Virus record (IMG/VR): IMGVR_UViG_3300046513_000348 | Span: 154,661 to 218,660 of that record | Length of the DNA stretch: 64,000 bases | Strand: one strand, 5' to 3' | In this document: piece after piece, positions 30,705-39,985 of the stretch | How positions within the stretch are numbered: position 1 is the stretch's first letter | Layout: each line of letters begins with the position of its first letter | The notes under the pieces: model-generated | What the model was told of the DNA's origin: nothing | Database searches by the model: none | Seen by the model: the letters and a program-made list of their open reading frames with translations, nothing else | Translations under genes and position numbers: made by a program

Positions 30705-31028
30705 TCAATAGACGGGTACTTTGTTCCGCACCATCATGTCGATGATGACTCGAGTGTGGTAGCGGGACGATGCTTCGTTGTAGAGACGCTTGTGGTTAAT
30801 GGCATAAACACGGCGCTTTACCAAATAGTCAGGGAGTGTTACGTCCCGTACTTTCAGGTAACCTTTCCGAACGAGACCGTCCAGAATACTGACGACCTCA
30901 CTCGAATTGATTTTTGTTTTGGACTTGAGAAGGACGTCAGACGAAGTCATTTCGACCCCGTACGGCAGCAGAACAATTTCCACTACCAGCTGTTCCAATT
31001 CCGATAGTTGGTTTTTATCCGGTAACAT
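30705..31028 (-). CDS. Putative winged-helix protein
   Basis: MTSSDVL..EVVSILDGLVRKGYLKV..RVYAIN pattern. Confidence 0.6.
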   Translation of the reverse strand: MLPDKNQLSELEQLVVEIVLLPYGVEMTSSDVLLKSKTKINSSEVVSILDGLVRKGYLKVRDVTLPDYLVKRRVYAINHKRLYNEASSRYHTRVIIDMMVRNKVPVY

Positions 31029-31171
31029 TTTTGTTTAACGATTGGAAGGTTTTTTAAAATGCATGGTTAATGCATGACTTGGCTTTTCTCTCTCAGAGCT
31101 ACCACCATAAAATTTCTCTGCGGCAACTAAAAAAAAAATCCTACTCCGAGTTATGGAGTAGGGCTGTAGGC

Positions 31172-31342
31172 CTATGCCTTTTTCTTTCGGTCAGATTTCA
31201 CGGGAGGTTTGGTTTCATACTTCTCCGCGTCTTCCATGAGTTTCCGAGCTTCACCTGTGGTCATGTTATTCTTCCGAGCAATCTCTTCGCTGTGAGCGGC
31301 TGCTCTGAAAAGGCGTTTCTGTTTCTCAGTGTATGGGGGCAT
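31172..31342 (-). CDS. Small basic protein (MPPYTEKQKRLFRAAAH type)
   Basis: 56 aa; perfect AAGGAGG Shine-Dalgarno lying inside the HNH gene 3' end. Confidence 0.7.
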   Translation of the reverse strand: MPPYTEKQKRLFRAAAHSEEIARKNNMTTGEARKLMEDAEKYETKPPVKSDRKKKA

Positions 31343-32120
31343 TTCGAACCTCCTTATCACGGTCAATAATACCTAACGCTATTGCGTCAAGAATACCTAG
31401 TCCTCTTTCGATCCGTAGATGAAGAGTCCTTCGTTTGATATTGAACTTTCGAGCACATTGAGGAACGCTAAGAAGCTCACCTGCCACGTCGTATAACCTT
31501 ATCGCCGGTTTCGTCAAAGCTCTCTCGATACTCCATCCCTTATTTACGCGTTCGAGAACCAGCTGCGGATTCTGATTGTATTTTCTTGCCAACTGAGAAA
31601 CCGTTAGACTTTCGCCTTTGTACTCGATCACGCGATTATTTCTACGGTTGTTCTGCTGCTCTTCTTCAGTCGCCCAACGGCAATTATTCGGTTCGTAATT
31701 TCCGTCTGGATTCTTCCGGTCCAGTGTATGGCGTGGAGTGGGCTTTGACCCCATGTCTTTGAAGAACTCTTCAAACGAATTTCGCCACCTCTTACAGACC
31801 TTAATACCCCGCCCACCGTAAGCACTATAGCCAATGGTCTTAGGATTCAAGCAACGGTTCTTCATATTGACCCAGGACGAATATTCCGAGCTTTTTATCT
31901 GTCCGTGGATGAACTTGGCATCGCTCGTTCTTTCTTTCTGGAGACAGCCGCAGCTTTGAGTTATGCCGCCTTTGAGACGATACGTTGGTACGAAAACGGG
32001 ATTACCGCATTCGCATTTGCATAGCCAGTATGCCTTTTCGTTTTTAATTTCCTTGAACTCAATGACGGTCAGGCGGCCAAACTTTTCACCTACCAACTCC
32101 GCCCGTTTGTTAAACGTCAT
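31326..32120 (-). CDS. Free-standing HNH homing endonuclease
   Basis: FGRLTV, WLCKCECG, SCGC, W.NMK.RC, YGGRGIKVC.RW and TLDR..PDGNYEPNNCRWAT motifs; AT-rich. Confidence 0.88.
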   Translation of the reverse strand: MTFNKRAELVGEKFGRLTVIEFKEIKNEKAYWLCKCECGNPVFVPTYRLKGGITQSCGCLQKERTSDAKFIHGQIKSSEYSSWVNMKNRCLNPKTIGYSAYGGRGIKVCKRWRNSFEEFFKDMGSKPTPRHTLDRKNPDGNYEPNNCRWATEEEQQNNRRNNRVIEYKGESLTVSQLARKYNQNPQLVLERVNKGWSIERALTKPAIRLYDVAGELLSVPQCARKFNIKRRTLHLRIERGLGILDAIALGIIDRDKEVRNAPIH

Positions 32121-32204
32121 TTTACTTTCCCTTCCAATAAGGCATGATACCCTCCGACCAAAAAGAAAAACCCCAGTCTCCGAAGAGACCGGGGAGCTTA
32201 GGAC

Positions 32205-32549
32205 TTAGCGATTCCCGCCGCGTCCACCGCTATTACCACCACCACGATTACCGCCTCCGCGGTTACCGCCATCGTTACCGCCGCGATTACCTCCACGGCG
32301 AGTTTCTTCGTTACGGTTACCGGACTGACGGCTGTCTCGACCCCTCACGGAATCTTCCATGTTTTTACCGCGGTTGTGCACCGTGTCTTCCACATCTTCA
32401 CCGCGAGTGTGGATAAAGTCGGCGACACCGTCGCGCACCCTGCCCACTGCTCTCCCGATGCCGCCGAAGATACCGCCATTGTCACCACCGTTGTCACCAT
32501 TGTCACGGCGACCATCATCACGATTGTCGTTGTTGGTATTACGAGCCAT
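32205..32549 (-). CDS. Small intrinsically disordered RGG/NG-rich protein
   Basis: GGAGG Shine-Dalgarno; flanked by hairpins; GGNRGG repeats. Confidence 0.75.
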   Translation of the reverse strand: MARNTNNDNRDDGRRDNGDNGGDNGGIFGGIGRAVGRVRDGVADFIHTRGEDVEDTVHNRGKNMEDSVRGRDSRQSGNRNEETRRGGNRGGNDGGNRGGGNRGGGNSGGRGGNR

Positions 32550-32668
32550 TTTAAACCTCCGTAGGTAGTTTGTGAAAATCTCCCCAGGACTCCCTTGTAA
32601 TGGCTAAACTAAAACGACATAAAGGCCGAGACTACCTAGTGGCGCGAGCCACTAGGTATCGTCACGTT

Positions 32669-32968
32669 TTATTGGGTACTGAGTGCCTGAATGCCAAATC
32701 GAGCCGACTGCCATGGATACGGCTCGAGGTTCACCTTATGCTCGATGCACAGGGTGTTCGCGAGTTCAGTGGCGTCGCGTTCGAAGTCCCTGTCGTCGAC
32801 ATGCTTCACATCGCCGTTCTGGAAGCGGAGGAACACCGAATAGAACTCGGTATCTTTATCTGCACCCATCACCTGCGTTTCCACAGTACGCTTCTTCCCT
32901 GCTTCTTCGGGTTCGACCCATTTGGCAGGGAGGACTTGAATCGAAACTACTGTACCTTTGTTGCTCAT
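32669..32968 (-). CDS. Hypothetical protein
   Basis: ORF between hairpins; AAGG Shine-Dalgarno. Confidence 0.65.
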   Translation of the reverse strand: MSNKGTVVSIQVLPAKWVEPEEAGKKRTVETQVMGADKDTEFYSVFLRFQNGDVKHVDDRDFERDATELANTLCIEHKVNLEPYPWQSARFGIQALSTQ

Positions 32969-33022
32969 ATTGTTACCTTGTAAAAGCGGCCAGATCCGAA
33001 GACCCGGCCTTATGGTTGCTGA

Positions 33023-34840
33023 TTATTTCTTGCTTGCTGCTTTGCTGGTCGAACGCTTTGCCGGTGCTTTGACGGTCGTAACTTCAGCCTTCTTCGCCGC
33101 CGGTTTTTTGGCCGCCGTGGTTTTCACAGCAGCCGCTGCACGCGGTTTGCGGGCAGGCGCTTTCGGCTGGCTGGTCTTTGCACGATGTGCATCGAGGCCT
33201 GCTTGCATGTGCTTCGTGGTGGCCGGAACGGCGACTTCGTCCGGTTCGAACTTCACGTACTGGCCGATCAGGCGTTCCAGGAAGTCGTCGGAAAGACCCA
33301 GGGCTTGTGCCGTGTAGTAGGTCTTGCTGAAGCGGTGATCCGGGGTAGCCTTCGCGATGAAGTTTTCCCAGCCGTCCGAGAACACATCCGAGTACAGGAC
33401 ATCGCGCAGGAAGGTAATGTCTTCTTGCGGAACCTGATAGGTCGCTTCGCCGAACCAGCCTTGAGCAGCCGCACGAACGTAGACCTGGATGTCGTCGAAG
33501 TACGCGCGCTGTTGTTCAGGCGACAGCTCGTCGTATTCCTTTTTGGTCAGAACCTTCGGATAGTTGCTGCCAGTGCTCGGACCCGTTTCACCACGCGCAC
33601 CCATATGCTTCAGGTCGGGACGCAGGATCTTCAGTTCTTCCAGCTTCAGGAACTTCGGCACACTGCCCAGGCGTTCGAACATCGCGTCGAACATACCCAC
33701 ACTGCGAGCAGTGTAGTAAGGCAGCGTACGCAGCTCGTGGTACATGCTGTCGGCCTTGGCGATGTAGTTCTTCTTCCAGTTGTCCAGGAAGATCCCCGAT
33801 TCGACGAAGCGCTTCAATAAGTCGATCAGCTTCTGATAGGTTTCCGAATCGTCCTTCTCGATCGAGAACCCGTTGCCCATCGTCAGCTTGACGATGTTGT
33901 CGATCTGACCGAGGTATTGGTTCTTTGCTTCGTTGTTCAGGGCGTTGAACTCTTCCGCGATCAGAACCTTCGGCAGCACAACCCGCATGCCCTTATACAT
34001 CACTTCTTCGACAGCGCCGGTACCGGCAGTCGCTTCCATGATTTCCTTCTCGACCTGGCCGATCCGGCTGAGGCTCATGCGGTTACCAGCCAGGGACGGG
34101 ATAGAAGTCAGGCCAGTGTCCGCGTAACGATCGTTGATCGATACGCTACCCATGGCAACTGCGGACGTGCCCTCGGTAGCCGACGACATCGAATGACGCA
34201 TACTCTCGCTATCCTTGATGGCATCGCCCAGCGACTTCTCTTTGCCCGGCTTGTAGACCGTGTCCTTGAAGATCACGGCAGCGACCGTACCACGCGGCCC
34301 CATGTCGACGAACTGCACACGTTCGATTTGCTCGTAGCCAGGATTCGAGGAACCTTCCGAGACGCGGATGATTTCGACGTTCTTGCTGTTGTAGCCGACC
34401 CAGGCAGAAGTACGACGAACCTTTTCCAGCGGATCGGCAGCCGTTTCGCGCTCGCTGTGTTCCACCACCGTGACGTCGTGCTCGAATGTTAGGCTGCGTT
34501 TCCAGTAGGCAATGGTTTCGGTCTCATCGCCGACCTTGGCTTCGCGCAGCGCCGGCGGGCAGATCTCGGAGACAACCGATCCGGCCAGTGCCTGCATGAT
34601 GAATGCATAGTGCTGGTCTTGCGGATTGCGGGCTTGGCCACGGAAGACGGTGCGATCTTCGTGATGGTATTTGATTGCGTATCCGAGATACGGGACACCC
34701 TTTTCATCGAGACCGACAGTCGACGAGAGCGTCATGCCGTTATACAGTGCAGCCTGCGTCATGCGACCCTGCATCGACTGAACGACCATGAAAGCAACGA
34801 TGCGAGCCTGGTCGGAAATGTTCTTGTCTAACGATTTCAA
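33023..34840 (-). CDS. Hypothetical protein with a histone H1-like K/A/P-rich C-terminal tail
   Basis: TTG start after GAGGAG; tail KAPARKPRAAAAVKTTAAKKPAAKK. Confidence 0.75.
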   Translation of the reverse strand: MKSLDKNISDQARIVAFMVVQSMQGRMTQAALYNGMTLSSTVGLDEKGVPYLGYAIKYHHEDRTVFRGQARNPQDQHYAFIMQALAGSVVSEICPPALREAKVGDETETIAYWKRSLTFEHDVTVVEHSERETAADPLEKVRRTSAWVGYNSKNVEIIRVSEGSSNPGYEQIERVQFVDMGPRGTVAAVIFKDTVYKPGKEKSLGDAIKDSESMRHSMSSATEGTSAVAMGSVSINDRYADTGLTSIPSLAGNRMSLSRIGQVEKEIMEATAGTGAVEEVMYKGMRVVLPKVLIAEEFNALNNEAKNQYLGQIDNIVKLTMGNGFSIEKDDSETYQKLIDLLKRFVESGIFLDNWKKNYIAKADSMYHELRTLPYYTARSVGMFDAMFERLGSVPKFLKLEELKILRPDLKHMGARGETGPSTGSNYPKVLTKKEYDELSPEQQRAYFDDIQVYVRAAAQGWFGEATYQVPQEDITFLRDVLYSDVFSDGWENFIAKATPDHRFSKTYYTAQALGLSDDFLERLIGQYVKFEPDEVAVPATTKHMQAGLDAHRAKTSQPKAPARKPRAAAAVKTTAAKKPAAKKAEVTTVKAPAKRSTSKAASKK

Positions 34841-34867
34841 AGTTTTCTCCTCTTGGAGTTGTTGGAA

Positions 34868-35200
34868 TTAATAAACGAGATCGGTAACCGGAACGTAGCT
34901 GTTTCGGAAACCGACATCGGTGGCGATGATGGTACGACCTTCGGGGTCGATAATGATCCAATCGCCGTTCCTGCATTTTTCAATACGACGCGGTTCTAAG
35001 GCAGCCTGAGTTTCAAACTCAATCTCCTCATGGTAACCACGAAGTGTCCTACGCCCGATTAGGTCTTTCGTGAAGACATGGGGGATCTCATCGGGATATC
35101 CCTTGTAACGAAATGCGTACGTTTTTTGAAATTTCGATGGAACGTATGCGTACTTCAGCAATTCGTCTTCTTCACGACGCGTTGTCGAACCTTGTGACAT
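34868..35200 (-). CDS. PGDYG-like small phage protein
   Basis: GDWIII.PEG....F..SY motif. Confidence 0.6.
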   Translation of the reverse strand: MSQGSTTRREEDELLKYAYVPSKFQKTYAFRYKGYPDEIPHVFTKDLIGRRTLRGYHEEIEFETQAALEPRRIEKCRNGDWIIIDPEGRTIIATDVGFRNSYVPVTDLVY

Positions 35201-35427
35201 CACTCTCCTTTTAAAATAGCAGACGTCTTTCCGTTCAGTTGCTGGGTCGTGAGATCCAGCATTTGTTCGGTGATGTCGTGCATGTACCACATCAGGTACA
35301 CCGTCGATACCAAGACGATAATACCCAAAGCGGAAACGCGTTTGCGGTAGTAAAGCTCATTACCAAACATGATAAGAGCCACCAGGATCAGAAGTCCCAT
35401 AGCCACGAGAGCGAATCCTGCCGTCAT
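35200..35427 (-). CDS. Small two-transmembrane protein
   Basis: Two hydrophobic helices; AAGGAG Shine-Dalgarno before MTAGF. Confidence 0.65.
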   Translation of the reverse strand: MTAGFALVAMGLLILVALIMFGNELYYRKRVSALGIIVLVSTVYLMWYMHDITEQMLDLTTQQLNGKTSAILKGE

Positions 35428-35489
35428 TTTCAAACTCCTTCTTTCAAAAAACAATAACTGTAATTCGATTTACTGTCATTGTCAATGCG

Positions 35490-35508
35490 GTAATATATTT
35501 ATAACAAT
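35490..35508 (-). promoter_or_regulatory. Putative early promoter
   Basis: Exact TATATTAC on the minus strand. Confidence 0.65.
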
Positions 35509-35555
35509 TTCTATAACAAGATACGACAGAGACCTTGCGGCCCCTGTCGTTATCG

Positions 35556-36596
35556 TCACCACATGTCTTCGGAAAACAACGCGACATCTGCAACGCGATA
35601 CCCACCAGCTTGACGATCTTCCTCTCGGATGATCCCGCCCATGTCCCGTTCGATTTCGCGATACATCTTTTCTTCACAGCACGTCAAACCAACCAAGAAA
35701 GGAGGAGTGTCGACGATCATGTTGTTACGCACCGCAAGCAGCATGCCGCGATAACGATTTACGAAGTTGCCGTGGTTTGTCAAGAACCCTTGTACTTCTT
35801 CGCCATTACCTTCCTTCAGTGAGCGCTTTACATCCAGATACTCTTTCGAATGAATGACGTGGTGATGGCGACCCGGACGATCGACGTACCAGACCACATC
35901 ATCGAGGTATGAGGCCGCAGCTACCGGATACTCGAGTTCTGGACGACAGGTCTGGAAAAGCGCTTCGATGATGCACTGGCCATATTCGTAGAAGGCTGCG
36001 CCATTGCCCGGAAGACCAGCTGCGCGATGCAGGCGCTGATTGTTTTCAGCCTCAGTCAAGTCCGGGTCGTATTGGAAGATGATCGGGAAACTAACCGTGT
36101 TGTTCAGGTGGTAAACCTTACCCGTCTTCACCAGCTTACGTTCCGCCAACTGAATCGCGACGACTGGTTTCGTACCCTGCCAGAGCACATTGACGAACTG
36201 GATATCCAATCCGAAGGTACGAGTTGCGACCGCATCTGCCCAGTTAGTACCGTCGATAATCGTGAACGGTACCTGATGCAGCTCAGGATGGTTCCTCAGA
36301 ACGTATATAACGGCCGCCAGAGCCTTTTTACACAGTACTTCGGGAGTTTCTAAGGACGGCATCTCAACGGGCTTGGAGAGCCCCGCAATGCGGAACACGA
36401 TCGCCGTGTTTTCGTTGAACTCCACGAGGGAATGTGCGACACATGGGTTCAGGATCGTACTGCGGACGTGAGCTGGGTTTGCGAATGCCTTCTTCTTTAC
36501 CAGGCCTACGACCATTTCATCTTCATTTGCCATAGGGCTGTCCCAGTTTAAGGGCTTTGCAGAAAGCCTCGTAAGCGATTTGTGCACCGAAAGCAT
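35556..36596 (-). CDS. Hypothetical protein with a C-terminal RH..QGF..R..LFSED domain
   Basis: GRHHHVI, QGFLTNHGNFVNR and LFSEDMW motifs, a pattern common in uncharacterised phage proteins. Confidence 0.65.
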   Translation of the reverse strand: MLSVHKSLTRLSAKPLNWDSPMANEDEMVVGLVKKKAFANPAHVRSTILNPCVAHSLVEFNENTAIVFRIAGLSKPVEMPSLETPEVLCKKALAAVIYVLRNHPELHQVPFTIIDGTNWADAVATRTFGLDIQFVNVLWQGTKPVVAIQLAERKLVKTGKVYHLNNTVSFPIIFQYDPDLTEAENNQRLHRAAGLPGNGAAFYEYGQCIIEALFQTCRPELEYPVAAASYLDDVVWYVDRPGRHHHVIHSKEYLDVKRSLKEGNGEEVQGFLTNHGNFVNRYRGMLLAVRNNMIVDTPPFLVGLTCCEEKMYREIERDMGGIIREEDRQAGGYRVADVALFSEDMW

Positions 36597-36981
36597 ACTT
36601 ACCGTCGGTAGTTCGGGTGAGAGAGCAGCGGCCTTTCATCAGGCTTTCGAACAGTGCTCGGATCTCACCATCTTCCATTGCATTCGGTTCGAACTTCACG
36701 AGGCCCAAGCGCGTGACCATGTCGTGGACGAATTCGACGAACTCAGTTTCAGGATAGGCGCCTCGCTTTGCGATTTCCATCAGGATATCGGGACGCCACT
36801 TCCAACCCATGAAGTACGCCATCGCATACATCGATTCAGCCGTGTCCGTATCCACAACGTGTGCACCATTAATGCAAACGGCTTTATGGCACAGGTTAGC
36901 GAACTCGTAAAGGAAACGAGCACGTTGCTCCTCGGTCAGAGGAGGATTTGTTTTACTTACCGTGGCTTCTCTGAAAATCAC
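36523..36981 (-). CDS. Hypothetical protein
   Basis: ORF in operon. Confidence 0.6.
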   Translation of the reverse strand: MIFREATVSKTNPPLTEEQRARFLYEFANLCHKAVCINGAHVVDTDTAESMYAMAYFMGWKWRPDILMEIAKRGAYPETEFVEFVHDMVTRLGLVKFEPNAMEDGEIRALFESLMKGRCSLTRTTDGKYAFGAQIAYEAFCKALKLGQPYGK

Positions 36982-37029
36982 GATAACTCCAAAAATAGGG
37001 AGAGGACAAAGCCTCTCCCAGTTACGCCG

Positions 37030-38433
37030 TTAAGCGCGAACGAAAGCGTTCAGCGAGTAGAAGCGATACTCTTCGCTGAAGCTGCCGGCCAGGGTGCCGA
37101 TTTTCCAGCGATCGTTCAGCGGGATCTTGGCGACGGCTTCCGCGGTAACCGGATGGTTGCCCGTGGAGCGCATCGATTCGCGAACGAACTTGCTGGTCAG
37201 CATGACGTCTTCGGCCTTGTTGGTTTCCAGGAAGTGGATGGTGTCGTACAGCGAGTCGACGACCGAACGGCTCCAGTGTTCCAGGCGGGTCGGCAGGGTT
37301 TCGGCATCGTTGTCCAGCCACAGTTCTTCGAGGTCACGGAAGCCCACGTCGATCAGTTCGGCTTCGTTGGTCACGACGTCGTAGTGCTGCGGCAGTTCGA
37401 TGGCGATCGACATGGCCAGGTGATGACGCTCGACCTCGGTTGCCTTGAAGTCCAGGAAGAACGTGGTACGGTTGTGCAGCCAGTATTCGTAACCCTGGCC
37501 TTCCTTCAGTGCCGATTCGGCGATGTGGTCTTTCAGGCTGACGACCTGGCCGGTTTCGGTGTTGGTGATCTTGACTTCTTCGTCGCCTTCACGGAACACG
37601 TTCAGCAAGATGCCGGCCCAGAAGCTGTCGCACAACAGGCGCGAGGTGATCGCGTCGAACTGGTAGTCCTTGTTCGAGGTTTCGATGTTGGTCATACGAC
37701 CCTGCACCGACAGGAAGTCGATCGGGTTGATGTGACCACCCACGCCGACGGAGCAGTTCATTGCCAGACGCTCTTCGCCGACACCTTTACCACGCTGGTA
37801 GGTGAACAGCTGGATGCGGTCGCCGACTTTCTTCCAGAAGGTGATGTACGGCAGCAGCTGAATGAAGCGTTCGTCCTTCTCGCACCAGCCACGGCGCAGG
37901 TAGGCCAGGTTCGAGTAGACTTGGGTATGCAGATCGGGCGGGAAGGCTTCGCCGGCCGGGTTCAGCATTTGCGACAAGAAGTCCCAAGCTGGAACAGCCA
38001 GCACCTGCTCGACGGGCTTTTCCTGACCCTGTGCCGATTCCAGGTAGTCCTTGAAGTTCGGCATGCGGCCGAAGTCCATTTCTTTGGCCGGGTCGTGTTC
38101 AGCAGCCGGCTTCTCGTCGATCATGACGGGGAACTGGTCGTAACCCATCACTGCGTTGTCCCACGGCGGCGGCGCCGGAACGGTGCGGACGTCGCCCATG
38201 ACGCCTTGCGTAACGGCGCCCATCGGGACGCGGCCGCCGATCGGAGTCATGACGAATTCGTCGCCGTCTTCTTGAGCGGCTGCCAGGGCGATGACCTTGT
38301 GGTCGACCGGCGACAGTTGTGCGTATTGGCGGATCGAAATCGGCAGGTTGTCGGCAGGTTTGTCCAGGGCAATGCGCGGGGTAATCAGTACGCGTTCGTT
38401 ATCGACAGCTTCCATACGTTCTTCGAGCGACAT
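37030..38433 (-). CDS. Nudix-like phosphoesterase (YmaB/COG4112-like) with an N-terminal extension
   Basis: E.D.RF.QLLPY, YQRG.G.GEERL...SVGVGGHIN, REGDEE and VE.HHL motifs. Confidence 0.8.
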   Translation of the reverse strand: MSLEERMEAVDNERVLITPRIALDKPADNLPISIRQYAQLSPVDHKVIALAAAQEDGDEFVMTPIGGRVPMGAVTQGVMGDVRTVPAPPPWDNAVMGYDQFPVMIDEKPAAEHDPAKEMDFGRMPNFKDYLESAQGQEKPVEQVLAVPAWDFLSQMLNPAGEAFPPDLHTQVYSNLAYLRRGWCEKDERFIQLLPYITFWKKVGDRIQLFTYQRGKGVGEERLAMNCSVGVGGHINPIDFLSVQGRMTNIETSNKDYQFDAITSRLLCDSFWAGILLNVFREGDEEVKITNTETGQVVSLKDHIAESALKEGQGYEYWLHNRTTFFLDFKATEVERHHLAMSIAIELPQHYDVVTNEAELIDVGFRDLEELWLDNDAETLPTRLEHWSRSVVDSLYDTIHFLETNKAEDVMLTSKFVRESMRSTGNHPVTAEAVAKIPLNDRWKIGTLAGSFSEEYRFYSLNAFVRA

Positions 38434-38551
38434 GGTGAATCCTTTTTCGAAAAAAAATAGCACGAGGGTGCTGTGGTTGAGATCAAACCATACGCTCTGG
38501 GGATAAAAAAATAAACAGCAGAGACAGAGGTGGGAAATCCCACCTCTGCTC

Positions 38552-39148
38552 TTAATTCTCTTTCGGGAACGTAGCTGTTTGTCCATTCTCACGCTTCTTC
38601 AGGTATTCCCTGAAGTTGAATACCTGGCTAGCCAGGCGAGAACGAAGTTGCTGAGTTCCTGCAAAACGAACAGCGATGTTCGTCAGTTCATTTACATGCT
38701 CGCGATAATCGCCATCGTAACGCTTGTCACTCAGAGCCGCATTCAGCTTAACGACATTCGAAGTATCGCCTTCCCTTTTAGGACGCGGACGAGGTACAGG
38801 ACCATTCACGAATCCTGCCGAGTTGCGTCCTGCCTGATAACCCATCTCGTAACGACCGTCCCAGATTTCCAAGGCTTCCTGCCCATTCATCAGAACCACC
38901 ATCGAAACGCGATCTTGCATTGTCGCCAATGCACTTGGCGTCAGTTCAATGTTCCAGACCATGTGCCTGTCATCCATGTAGGATTTCAACACTTCGTTTT
39001 GGTGGAGCAAAGTCTGGTAATACGCTTCCTGGTGCCACTTCTCCATCTTGAGCTTACTGACCTTCTTCTCAAGGCTGATGTTGCGGATGATGAAGCCGAT
39101 GACGATAAGGATCAGCAGCCCTTCGAAAAAGAATGAAAAGTATTGCAT
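38552..39148 (-). CDS. Membrane-anchored hypothetical protein
   Basis: N-terminal transmembrane helix followed by a coiled segment. Confidence 0.65.
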   Translation of the reverse strand: MQYFSFFFEGLLILIVIGFIIRNISLEKKVSKLKMEKWHQEAYYQTLLHQNEVLKSYMDDRHMVWNIELTPSALATMQDRVSMVVLMNGQEALEIWDGRYEMGYQAGRNSAGFVNGPVPRPRPKREGDTSNVVKLNAALSDKRYDGDYREHVNELTNIAVRFAGTQQLRSRLASQVFNFREYLKKRENGQTATFPKEN

Positions 39149-39224
39149 CAGTGAGTCTCCGTTAAAACATTGTAAAAGACAAGTACATCACGCTAGTGGG
39201 CATTGCCCACTAGCGATCAGGTAT

Positions 39225-39662
39225 TTAGTGCGTCAGCGCCGATTCGATTGCACGTTCAACGCGACTGCCTTGATTCGTGAGCTCGGTGGCGGTAATCATG
39301 ACGTGCTTCAGGCGGACCATTGCGCAATGCGCGCCGGTACGACCAGGGATGATGATGACGCTTTGCCAGCCCTGGTTCGTGAAGTAGTCGTGCATGATGG
39401 TACTGACCTGACGTTCATCAGGCAGCTTGTGGAACACGTTCAACGCCGCGGGGAACGAGATGATGATTTCGCCGAGGGTCGGATCGTAGGAGTAATTTCC
39501 CAGTTTCATCAGGTGCTTGAATTGCGACGAGATGAATTTTTCGACTTCTGCTTCATTGCGGAACTTGCTCGGGTCCACCATCTTGGAAAGGTTTTCCATG
39601 ACGATGCTTTTCGCGAGATCGAGCGAGTTGAAGGTAGCCGTATCGTTGTGTTTGGTTGCCAT
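39225..39662 (-). CDS. Hypothetical protein
   Basis: ORF with phage codon bias. Confidence 0.7.
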   Translation of the reverse strand: MATKHNDTATFNSLDLAKSIVMENLSKMVDPSKFRNEAEVEKFISSQFKHLMKLGNYSYDPTLGEIIISFPAALNVFHKLPDERQVSTIMHDYFTNQGWQSVIIIPGRTGAHCAMVRLKHVMITATELTNQGSRVERAIESALTH

Positions 39663-39663
39663 T

Positions 39664-39915
39664 TTAATCTTCCTGTTTCACACAAATATGCTCTTTGTCT
39701 GGATATTCAGGCAGCGAGTTTTGACCATCGCATTTCAACACGGCACGCGCCCTGTTGACATAGATGGAACGAAGGACGATTGGCAGCTCTTGGAGGCTGC
39801 TGACTTCAATGAGGTTGTTGCGAAAATCTCTTGCGACGTTTTGTGCGGCTGCCCGCTTGACGGCTTCTTCAAGCGGATAAAACTTCTGCTCGATTTTCAA
39901 AATTGCTTCGGCCAT
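39664..39915 (-). CDS. Hypothetical protein
   Basis: AGGAG Shine-Dalgarno. Confidence 0.6.
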   Translation of the reverse strand: MAEAILKIEQKFYPLEEAVKRAAAQNVARDFRNNLIEVSSLQELPIVLRSIYVNRARAVLKCDGQNSLPEYPDKEHICVKQED

Positions 39916-39985
39916 AATTCTCCTGATTGTTAAGGGGACACAAACTAGAGGACCCTCCTTTTATGTTTTATAGTTGGTTGAACTT

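Noticed and set aside
32205-32300. Short tandem repeats as a CRISPR-like array
   Set aside because: They are coding GGNR repeats without unique spacers; no cas genes seen.
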